In this document: positions 50,983 to 58,958 of the stretch, in pieces
Layout: each line of letters begins with the position of its first letter
Position numbering within the stretch: the stretch's first letter is position 1
DNA from: Thainema sp.
Lineage (GTDB): Bacteria; Cyanobacteriota; Cyanobacteriia; Phormidesmidales; Phormidesmidaceae
Length of the DNA stretch: 64,000 nucleotides
NCBI GenBank assembly: GCA_052168235.1
Contig: JBQLZK010000036.1
Span: 1 to 64,000, forward strand
Reading direction: 5' to 3'
Position numbers and translations under genes: made by a program
The notes under the pieces: model-generated
The model's input: only the letters and a program-made list of their open reading frames with translations
Told to the model about the DNA's origin: nothing
Databases searched by the model: none

Positions 50983-53163
50983 CTAAAAATTGGGCTTCAG
51001 CGGCAATAATACCGTTACCTGCGTCCCGCCAAGCGCATCTGATGACTGAATCGTCAGCATGCCGTTGTGAGCCTCAATGATTCGTTTAGTAATGGCCAAG
51101 CCCAAGCCGTTGCCGGAGGATTTGGTAGTAAAAAATGGCTTGGTCAACTGGGCCAGCGTCTCGGCTGGAATGGGTTCGCCCGCGTTGAACACATCGACAT
51201 GAATCTGCTGCTTAGCGGTGTTGAGGCTGACGGTACAAGTGACGCAGGTTTGAGGCGAAACGGCTTCGCAGGCGTTGCTAATAATGTTAATAAACACCTG
51301 ATGCAGCTTATCGCGATCGCACTCCACCCAGGCGGGCTGATCGGACGGCGTGAGCTGAATGAGTCGTTCAACCGCAGCAGGCATTTCCCGCAGCGGCACC
51401 AGAATTTCTTCCAGAAACTGATTTAGTTCCAGTCGCTGATACTCCAACTGCTGCTGTTTGGCATAGAGCAAAATTTCGTTCAGCAACCGCTGGAGCCGCT
51501 CCGATTCCTCTAGCGCCAGTTCCAGACGCGCTTGAAATCGCGGCGACAAGTCCAACGACTTAAACGAGTTCAGCCCCATCCACACGGTGGTCAGCGGATT
51601 GCGAACTTCATGCACGATCATGGCCGCCAGTTCGCCAATTTCGGCCAGCCGCTCCAGTGCCTGCTCGGTCTGCTTGCGCTCGGTGATGTCCCTAGCCAGC
51701 GCTAAGATAAACGACTCGCCACAGGCGGCAAATCGACCTGCCCGCACTTCCACCGGAAAAACGGAACCATCGCGACGCCGATGGGTACCCGTCAGCGTAA
51801 TCGGAATACCTGGCTGAAGCTGCTGCCAGAGCTGCTCAAACTCGGCCATTGTGATCTCCTGCTGCACATCGGTGACGAGCATTTGCAGCAGTTCCTCGCG
51901 GGAGTACCCCAGATTTTGGCAGGCTTGCTGATTCACATCGGCAATTTTTCCCGCCTGCGTCACCACGAAAAAGGCATCGGCAGCCTGTTCAACCAGGGCA
52001 CGGAACCGCATTTCGCTACCGCGCAGCGCTTCCTCCATTTGCTTGCGCTCGGTGATGTCATTCACGACCGAGAGAATGCAGTCCTGCTGATTAATTGTGA
52101 TCCGCTCTGCCGAAAATAAAACAGTGTGGAGCTGATGGTTGCGATCGCAAAACTGATATTCCTGATTAAACACCATGCCCTCGGCCTGAACCTGCCGCAC
52201 CATCTCAATTCGATCTTGATGATTCACCCACAAATTAAGCGCCCAGGACATTTGACCAATCACGTCTTCGCGTTCTGCCCCATATAGGGCCAGAAAACTC
52301 TGATTCACTTCGATGATTTTCCCGGCTTCTAAGGTGCTGATGATGATCGGGTTGGGACTGGAGCGAAAGGCTTTAGAAAACTTCTCTTCCGATGCCCGCA
52401 GACTGGCTTCAGCCCGATCCCGTTCTGCGATCGCATCTGTCACCTGCTGATACATCTGCTCAAAGGCGGCAATCATGTCGCCCAGCTCATCCTGACGCCG
52501 AAACCGCAGTGAGCTGAACTCCGGCGTAGGGTGATTCTGTCTCGCCGCCTGCCCTGCCCGCAGCAAATCCTGGCGCAGCAGCAGAATCGGCGTAATCAGC
52601 ATCGGCTCTAGCACAATCAGCGTCGCCATCGTCACAAACAGCGAGATGATCAGCACCAGTCCCGCAATCCGGGCAATAAACAGATAGACTTCCCGCCGCA
52701 CACCGGAGGCATCGTGGCGAACGACCAGAATGTATCGTCCGTCCAGCGGCGACATTTCCCACACTGCATCGTAGCGGCGATCGGCCCGATTCAGATAATC
52801 TGTGCGGCCATTCTGCACAATATCCTGAATAGAAAGCTGGGGCGGTTCGCGAAAGCTGCCGACTAAATCGCCATCGGCTTCATACAGTGCGCCCCCTTTG
52901 ACGTTGGGCATCTGCTCAAGTTGCTGGAGTCGTTCTAGCAGTTCGACCCCGGATAGCGCCGGTTCACTTTGGCTAAGAATGCCGGAGGCTTCGGCAGTTG
53001 AAAGTTTTTCTAGGTAGTCCAGTAATTCCCGCTCTCGCCGATAAACGGAGGGGATGAGAATGATGGCTTCAATCACGACAATGCTGGCAAATACCCACAG
53101 CACAATCCGCCGCGATAGACGCGCTTGGAATAAGTGGAGTAAGGCTTGGGCACGGGTTCTCAC
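50983..53163 (-). CDS. PAS-domain sensor histidine kinase (TM-HAMP-2xPAS-HisKA-HATPase)
   Basis: RQDELG HAMP, two PAS, VHEVRNPL, GNGLGL. Confidence 0.92.
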   Translation of the reverse strand: MRTRAQALLHLFQARLSRRIVLWVFASIVVIEAIILIPSVYRRERELLDYLEKLSTAEASGILSQSEPALSGVELLERLQQLEQMPNVKGGALYEADGDLVGSFREPPQLSIQDIVQNGRTDYLNRADRRYDAVWEMSPLDGRYILVVRHDASGVRREVYLFIARIAGLVLIISLFVTMATLIVLEPMLITPILLLRQDLLRAGQAARQNHPTPEFSSLRFRRQDELGDMIAAFEQMYQQVTDAIAERDRAEASLRASEEKFSKAFRSSPNPIIISTLEAGKIIEVNQSFLALYGAEREDVIGQMSWALNLWVNHQDRIEMVRQVQAEGMVFNQEYQFCDRNHQLHTVLFSAERITINQQDCILSVVNDITERKQMEEALRGSEMRFRALVEQAADAFFVVTQAGKIADVNQQACQNLGYSREELLQMLVTDVQQEITMAEFEQLWQQLQPGIPITLTGTHRRRDGSVFPVEVRAGRFAACGESFILALARDITERKQTEQALERLAEIGELAAMIVHEVRNPLTTVWMGLNSFKSLDLSPRFQARLELALEESERLQRLLNEILLYAKQQQLEYQRLELNQFLEEILVPLREMPAAVERLIQLTPSDQPAWVECDRDKLHQVFINIISNACEAVSPQTCVTCTVSLNTAKQQIHVDVFNAGEPIPAETLAQLTKPFFTTKSSGNGLGLAITKRIIEAHNGMLTIQSSDALGGTQVTVLLPLKPNF

Positions 53164-53274
53164 AGCCAGCCACAGATGATTACTGCATCACTTATTATGT
53201 CTCAATCCGTCTCTTTGCTCTCGTCAAAGTTATACAGCGATGTGGATGCAAGTGCGATCGCACTTGCTCATGAG

Positions 53275-53471
53275 ACTGCGATCTCACTTGCGGTGCTATA
53301 ACTGGCATGGTTCGCAATGGGAATGTATCTGTGCATTGAATTGCGATCGCATTTCACCATTGAGTCATCAGGAGCGATCGCACTTGGCTGGTGAAACTGC
53401 GATCTCACTTGCGGTGCTATAACTGGCATGGTTCGCAATGGGAATGTATCTGTGCATTGAATTGCGATCGC
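53275..53471. repeat. 76-bp identical direct repeat bounded by HIP1 sites
   Basis: 53275-53350 = 53396-53471; HIP1 at 53254, 53343, 53374, 53464. Confidence 0.9.
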
Positions 53472-53482
53472 GCTGCTGCACC

Positions 53483-53552
53483 GCAGAACGCTTGGCTTTG
53501 CGGCGTACCGGAGCGCAGCGTAGGTGCGTCCGCCAACAGCCAAGCGTTCTGT
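53483..53552 (-). mobile_element. attC-like recombination site of the GFA cassette
   Basis: ACAGAAC-5 nt-GCTGTTG GCGGACGCACC...GGTACGCCG CAAAGC-5 nt-GTTCTGC; imperfect palindrome with bulged bases, 9 nt after the stop codon. Confidence 0.7.
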
Positions 53553-53561
53553 GATGGTAGC

Positions 53562-53966
53562 TCACTCTGGCAGACCCTCGAACTTTGGCACTTCCCCTAA
53601 CTCTCCATCCCAGGCAGCTTTGCTAGATGTGAAAATGTGCGCTGTTGGTAACATAGAGATCTTAGTGTCCAAACACCCTGCGGGAACGACGAGCAAACCT
53701 GCGATCTGAGTGCTTGGCAATGCTGAACCACACAACTTACAAAAACTTTTATTGTGACGAGTGCCCGGAAGCGTAAAGGAAGTCACAGCATCGGGACCCG
53801 ACTGCCAGATCAATTTAGCTGACTGTGAAAATAGATTTGCCGCATGAGCAGAACCTGTGTCCTTTTGGCAATGCTGGCAATGACACAGGTAAAAGCTATC
53901 GAAGTCGCCTTTTACCTCAAACCTCACAGTGCCACACAGGCAAGAACCGAAATAATCAGTCATCAA
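53562..53966 (-). CDS. GFA/CENP-V family Zn-binding protein (gene cassette 2)
   Basis: GSCLCG, CHCQHCQK, FCKLCGS, PTAHIF. Confidence 0.92.
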   Translation of the reverse strand: MMTDYFGSCLCGTVRFEVKGDFDSFYLCHCQHCQKDTGSAHAANLFSQSAKLIWQSGPDAVTSFTLPGTRHNKSFCKLCGSALPSTQIAGLLVVPAGCLDTKISMLPTAHIFTSSKAAWDGELGEVPKFEGLPE

Positions 53967-53996
53967 AACCCCTTCTACAGCCTGTGGGCAAATTAC

Positions 53997-54085
53997 ACAT
54001 AACGCTCCGCTTCACCCGCCGCAGACACCCTTTCGGACTCAACTAGCGGTCTCTACACGGTCGGTGTGCAAGCGGATTATTAGGC
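53997..54085 (-). mobile_element. attC-like recombination site of the HEPN-like cassette
   Basis: GCCTAAT-5 nt-GCTTGCAC ACCGACCG...CGGCGG GTGAAGC-5 nt-GTTATGT; 7 nt after the stop codon. Confidence 0.75.
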
Positions 54086-54092
54086 ATCGCTA

Positions 54093-54986
54093 CTATAGCG
54101 TACATCTCCGAAGCTCTATGAATTCTTCATCAGTTAAAGAACCTGTTTTTCCAAGTCTTTCGTTAATTCTTCTTGCTGTGGGATCGATATCATGAACCGC
54201 ATGCGCATAGTAACAGTGTGGTCGTATGAACTCAATAACAAACGGCTGGTTTTCTACTGCTGATCGCACCCATACTTCTCCTGGCACATCAAATACCAAA
54301 TAAATATCTTTACGATTTTCCACTCCAAAAATCTCTGTAACTGCTGCAATAAGCTTATTAATTGCAACAGGAGCTATGGATTCAAAATCGTAGTCTTCAT
54401 TGTAGTGAATGCTTTCGTGCCGAATTGGCATTAATTCGCGGAATAAATTTACAGCATTTTCGGGAACTAATTGCCAGTCAGCAATCAGGTCTAGCATTTT
54501 TCCCCAGTCATCAAAACTAGATTTCCGGTAAATCTTCTTATACTCAGGATGTGACTTGAAATAGCCTCGTGTCTTTAGCACAAGTCGATTTAGGATTCTT
54601 TCTGCTAAACAACAGGTTGATGTTACTGCTGGGTAAAAGTATCCCAGACAGTAAGTGTTAATAATTTGTTGAATTTTGTATGCATATTCATCAATAAGAG
54701 CAATTGGAGGATAGTCAATTTTCTTCCATCGCTCAAATTTCTCCATGAAATCAGTCGATCCAAGTTCAACTTTTAGTTGCTTCTCAATTTCTACAGTCAA
54801 TTCTTCTAACTCTGAAGAGCTAAAAATCCTGCGTCGTGTATCAACGTGAAATTGAACAAGCCGGTATCGACGATCAAGAGAAGGACAAAGAAAGTTTATT
54901 GCTTCCTCGCCCCGGTTTTGTTTCTCAGAAACAGAAATCGTATGGTTTTGTCCACACACTAGACAAGCTATATCAACATTAATCAT
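54093..54986 (-). CDS. Hypothetical protein with HEPN-like (Rx4H) domain (gene cassette 1)
   Basis: AT-rich 297 aa; YxxGxFYPAV...LAERIL helix and RHESIH motif; N-terminal CxxC. Confidence 0.65.
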   Translation of the reverse strand: MINVDIACLVCGQNHTISVSEKQNRGEEAINFLCPSLDRRYRLVQFHVDTRRRIFSSSELEELTVEIEKQLKVELGSTDFMEKFERWKKIDYPPIALIDEYAYKIQQIINTYCLGYFYPAVTSTCCLAERILNRLVLKTRGYFKSHPEYKKIYRKSSFDDWGKMLDLIADWQLVPENAVNLFRELMPIRHESIHYNEDYDFESIAPVAINKLIAAVTEIFGVENRKDIYLVFDVPGEVWVRSAVENQPFVIEFIRPHCYYAHAVHDIDPTARRINERLGKTGSLTDEEFIELRRCTL

Positions 54987-55023
54987 CCAAAAATCTTCTT
55001 ACATTAAATTCAACGATTTGTAT

Positions 55024-55100
55024 GCCTAACAATTATTAGACTGAATCTTTCTGTATAAGATCCCTCATTGGGCGATTAAGCTGAAAAATTCAGTATAACC
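55024..55100 (-). mobile_element. attI-like site heading the cassette array
   Basis: GTTAGGC core preceded by inverted TCTAAT and two TTATAC-N7-TTCAG-NNTAAT direct repeats. Confidence 0.5.
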
Positions 55101-55307
55101 ACCCCACAATTCCAAACTCACGCTGTTTAGAGTTTATTTATCATCCCTCAATATATATTCACTCCATGCTGTCGTCTCAGTACGATCGCAAATTTTGCAG
55201 AGTGCATTGATGGAATGTAACGCCTTTTCTGTTTAAATCTGAGGTGAGGCTGATATTTGGAAAAAGTGCGATCGCACTGACCTAGTATTTCTGTCAGTGA
55301 ACCTAGA

Positions 55308-55571
55308 TTGACTCCGCAGACCAAATCTCGTACTGTGAAACGTTAAGTTGCCATGCAAACATCACCTGCACTCGGCAACTGGATACCAAAAATCTAGTCA
55401 ACGCGACCCAGAATTGCTGACACCAACTCTGAGCCGCTAACCCCAACGTTGGTCTAGCAACGCAGGGCTCAGGAGATTATAACCCTCCTGTAGCCCCCCT
55501 GCTTTGCGCTTCAAATCGCGGGGGGGCTAGATTTTTGGCTTTCCTCCGAAAGTCAAAAACAGGAGAACACA
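55308..55571 (+). promoter_or_regulatory. Sigma70-like promoter and structured about 230-nt leader
   Basis: TTGACT-17-TACTGT, several hairpins, 12-bp long-range helix, AGGAGA RBS. Confidence 0.55.
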
Positions 55572-55853
55572 ATGACATATTTCATCCTCGGTGCTGCCAC
55601 CAACGCAGCGCCACAGCCTGCTGCGACCCATACCAGCGTTCCACAGCGCGACAGTCGCCATCCCCTGCGGATTATCCTGCTCGGCACTCGCCCCGACATC
55701 ATCATCACTGTCAAAAACCTGCATCGACGCGGCTTTGCCGAAGCCAACGAATGGAGCCAGCCGATTCCCTGCCCCAGTGCAGGCGACGTGGCGCGGCTCC
55801 TGCCCCGTCACCCCGATGATCAGCTCAGCATCCTGACTCGCTATCTGAGCTGA
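55572..55853 (+). CDS. Small hypothetical protein (LRIILLG...LHRRGFAE..EWS...SILTRY type)
   Basis: 93 aa, strong RBS; motif recalled from a small cyanobacterial family of unknown function. Confidence 0.7.
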   Translation: MTYFILGAATNAAPQPAATHTSVPQRDSRHPLRIILLGTRPDIIITVKNLHRRGFAEANEWSQPIPCPSAGDVARLLPRHPDDQLSILTRYLS

Positions 55854-55869
55854 TTGCCCTCACCTCTTC

Positions 55870-56751
55870 TCATGATGCCTGCCGAAACATCCCATGTCCG
55901 CGCAGCAAGTCCAGGAACATGAAGACAGCGGGCGAGAGCAGTGTATCAGACAGTGTGACAGCACCGATGACGCGTTCGAGTGGTACAGGTAGCGATCGCA
56001 CTTGCACCCCGTCGGGAATCGGTAATGCAGCCAAGCGAGGCAAGATGGCAGCTCCCAGTCCCTGAGCGACCATGCTGACAATGGTGGAATCTTCCTTAAT
56101 CGTGTAGGCCACGGTCAGCGGTTGATTCCACCTAGCCCAGTGTTCGCGCACGGCAGAGGTGCATTCGGCATAGTTGAGCAAGATAAACGAGTGCATCGCC
56201 AAAGCCTGCCAGGTCAGCACGTCGGGGACGGGGCCAGCGGCTTCTGACAGCAGCGCCACATATTCATCGCGTACGATTTCCCAGCTATCAAATTCGTCCG
56301 ATCGCGGCAGGGGAACGAGGCCAATATCGACCTGGCCTTCCCGCAGCGCTTGCTCAATCCCTGCCGGATCGTTTTCCACGATTTCCACTTCTACGGTGGG
56401 AAACCGATGACAAAACTGAGCAATTTTCTGCGGCAGGATATGGGTGGCAACGCTGCGAATCGAGGCAATCCGCACCCGCCCACCGTGCAGACCCTTCTCA
56501 CGATTCACCTCATGCTCCATGCTGTCCCGCAGTTGCACAATCTGCTCCGCATGGGCAATCACCCGCTCACCAATCGGTGTAGGACGTGCGCCGAATCGTC
56601 CCCGTGACAGCAGCGCCACACCTAACTCGTCTTCCAAAGCTGCGATCGCACGACTGACGGCTGACTGGGACAGATCCAGCGTCTGAGCCGCCAGGGAAAA
56701 GCTGCCGCAATTGACAACCGCCAAAAGAATCCGCAGGTGAAAAATGTTCAT
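55870..56751 (-). CDS. LysR-family transcriptional regulator
   Basis: GSFSLAAQTLDLSQSAVSRAIAALEDELG plus substrate-binding domain. Confidence 0.95.
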   Translation of the reverse strand: MNIFHLRILLAVVNCGSFSLAAQTLDLSQSAVSRAIAALEDELGVALLSRGRFGARPTPIGERVIAHAEQIVQLRDSMEHEVNREKGLHGGRVRIASIRSVATHILPQKIAQFCHRFPTVEVEIVENDPAGIEQALREGQVDIGLVPLPRSDEFDSWEIVRDEYVALLSEAAGPVPDVLTWQALAMHSFILLNYAECTSAVREHWARWNQPLTVAYTIKEDSTIVSMVAQGLGAAILPRLAALPIPDGVQVRSLPVPLERVIGAVTLSDTLLSPAVFMFLDLLRGHGMFRQAS

Positions 56752-56887
56752 CTAGGCTATCTATTCGCTTTCTGCATAGATGTGAACCGCCAAGAGTTTT
56801 GATCTTCGAGAAACCGCCAGGTTAGCGTGTAGCTACCCGTGAAATTCTTGACTTTTATTTACATTTAACAAGGCGGCCAATCCAATC

Positions 56888-57382
56888 ATGTACGAGTTAA
56901 TACCCTTTGAAAAATTCCGCGATACGCCCAACGTTCGCTTTTTTGATATCACGATTTCCAGCTCCAACGCCCGCGATCTAGTTTTTCACGACGGCCCAGC
57001 CACCAGCCCCAACAACTCGGAAATAGGCCATTGGCAGTTTTACCTGCATCCCAATCAGGAAGACAATCTGCTTGCCCTCAGCGGTGGTCGCACCTTCTGC
57101 CTAGTCAATTTGGCCTGGGAGCAGCCCGTGCATATTGTGCGACTGGATGCCAATCAGGATATTTTAAGAATTCCACCAGGAACGTTCCATCGCTCCGTGT
57201 CTGATCCCAATGGCTCCCTGGTGCTGAATCAGGCCGTCCGCACCCAACGCGCCACCGTCGCCAGCGAGTTCCGCGTCTACAACAGTGGCGACATTCCTCG
57301 CCTACAAGATGTACTCAACGCTTATCAACCCTGGAATCACGTTTATTTTCATCAGTGCGATCGCACTTACCGAGCCGCATAA
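56888..57382 (+). CDS. Cupin-fold (RmlC-like) protein, divergent from lysR
   Basis: FYLHPNQEDNL and LRIPPGTFHRS cupin motifs. Confidence 0.8.
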   Translation: MYELIPFEKFRDTPNVRFFDITISSSNARDLVFHDGPATSPNNSEIGHWQFYLHPNQEDNLLALSGGRTFCLVNLAWEQPVHIVRLDANQDILRIPPGTFHRSVSDPNGSLVLNQAVRTQRATVASEFRVYNSGDIPRLQDVLNAYQPWNHVYFHQCDRTYRAA

Positions 57383-57398
57383 ACTTACGCATTGCCGC

Positions 57399-57456
57399 TC
57401 AAAATCTAAAATCCAAAACCCAAAATCCAAAATCGGTATCTCCAAATCCAAAATCT
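57399..57456. repeat. Heptamer tandem repeat (AAAATCY); also at 61572-61651
   Basis: AAAATCT AAAATCC units read directly. Confidence 0.8.
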
Positions 57457-57576
57457 CGGCACAATTGTGCCAACAAACGGTGGACTCAAAAATAGCTGTA
57501 AAGTTTCTGCCCTGATAGCGGGAGTTTTTCGCTAGGATCTAAACCGCTCCACTGTGCCGCATGTAGGTATTCAACG

Positions 57577-58809
57577 TTGGCTGTTCCGAACCTTTGGTTA
57601 TTGGTAGGTCCCCCTGTGATTGGTGGTGTAATTGGCTATTTCACCAATGACATCGCCCTCAAGATGCTGTTTCGACCCTATCGCCCGATTTACATTGCGG
57701 GTAGACGATTACCCTTCACCCCTGGCTTAATTCCCAGCAACCAAGAACGCTTAGCGCAGCGGGTTGCCGACACGATTATGGGTTCGCTGCTCACGCCAGA
57801 GGAGCTACAGCGACTGGCGCGGCGGCTGCTGCAAACCGAGCGGATGCAGGCCGCCATTTACTGGCTGCTGCAACTGGTGCGCGAGCAGATCCAAACCAGT
57901 TCCAAAGATCGCACGGTGCAGGTGATTGCCAATATTCTGCGCGATTTCTTTGGCGAATCTCTGCCGCGTCTGCTGAAGGTGCTGGCCCGTCGCAGCGATT
58001 TTCTTGAAGATCAGCTCAATCAGCTGTTCGATCAGGTTTTGCTGGAATTTCAGCTCAGCGATCGTCAAGCCGATCAGCTCTCCATCTGGATTTTGCAGGT
58101 GGTGCTGCCACCGGACACGATTCGGCAGGCTATTGTTGATTTCCTGACCGATCGCAATATTCAAACCATTGACGAAGGGTTCCGTGAACGCACCAGCGGC
58201 ACCTACTGGGTTGTTGCCAATCTATTCGGCCTGCGAAATGCCCTGACCCGTCTACGCACGTTCTGTTTAGACGACCGGGAAGAGAGCAACGCCCGGATTG
58301 CTGAATTAATTCAATCCCTGGGCGTCAAAGATCGGCTGAAGGAATGGCTGCAAAACTTCACCCTGCAATCGCTGCCGGTTTCTACCGTGCGCCAGCTCCG
58401 GAAAACGGTGAGAGAAACGGTCAGGGCCTATATCCGCGATCGCGGATCGGATGTGCTGCAAAGCCTTGGTGAATCAATTGATTGGGAAAATATGGCTGCC
58501 CTAGTGGTCAACAGTCTCCAGCAGTCTGAAGTGGTGAACAGCTCCCTCGATCCGGTTAGTCAAGAACTAGCGCTGGTACTGGAGCGATATCTAGAACGAG
58601 ATCTGGAAAATATCGTCGCCAAAGCCATTCCCATTTTGAATATCGACCAGGTGATCATTGACCGAGTGAAATCAACCTCACCTAAAGATTTAGAAGTGGC
58701 TGTTCAGACAATCGTGAAAAACGAACTACAGGCCATTGTGAACCTGGGGGGTGTACTCGGTTTTATCATCGGTGGATTTCAAGCAGTTTGGCTGATCCTT
58801 CAGTCCTAG
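57577..58809 (+). CDS. DUF445-family membrane protein
   Basis: [39 protein letters not shown]. Confidence 0.9.
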   Translation: MAVPNLWLLVGPPVIGGVIGYFTNDIALKMLFRPYRPIYIAGRRLPFTPGLIPSNQERLAQRVADTIMGSLLTPEELQRLARRLLQTERMQAAIYWLLQLVREQIQTSSKDRTVQVIANILRDFFGESLPRLLKVLARRSDFLEDQLNQLFDQVLLEFQLSDRQADQLSIWILQVVLPPDTIRQAIVDFLTDRNIQTIDEGFRERTSGTYWVVANLFGLRNALTRLRTFCLDDREESNARIAELIQSLGVKDRLKEWLQNFTLQSLPVSTVRQLRKTVRETVRAYIRDRGSDVLQSLGESIDWENMAALVVNSLQQSEVVNSSLDPVSQELALVLERYLERDLENIVAKAIPILNIDQVIIDRVKSTSPKDLEVAVQTIVKNELQAIVNLGGVLGFIIGGFQAVWLILQS

Positions 58810-58823
58810 GTGATCTCCAACTA

Positions 58824-58849
58824 AAAAGGGGCGCGATGCGCCCCTTTTT
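58824..58849. terminator. Bidirectional intrinsic terminator
   Basis: AAAAAGGGGCGC-GAT-GCGCCCCTTTTT. Confidence 0.75.
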
Positions 58850-58879
58850 GATCGGTTGTATCAAGTCTTTGCATAAGAG

Positions 58880-58938
58880 CCCAATTTATTGTTTGTGAAC
58901 CGTTTGCGAAGCAAACGGTTCACAAACAATAAATTGGG
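58880..58938. repeat. Long palindrome family P copy
   Basis: Perfect 28-bp stem with GAA loop. Confidence 0.85.
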
Positions 58939-58958
58939 TTTTCAACTAGGCTTGGATA

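Noticed and set aside
53254..53471. Possible CRISPR array
   Set aside because: Only two 76-bp copies, no repeat-spacer periodicity and no cas genes
53240..53709. Short ORFs over the duplication and attC region
   Set aside because: Translations of repeat DNA or antisense to the GFA gene; no protein motifs
55100..55307. Integron integrase next to the attI-like site
   Set aside because: No ORF or tyrosine-recombinase motifs here or elsewhere in the window
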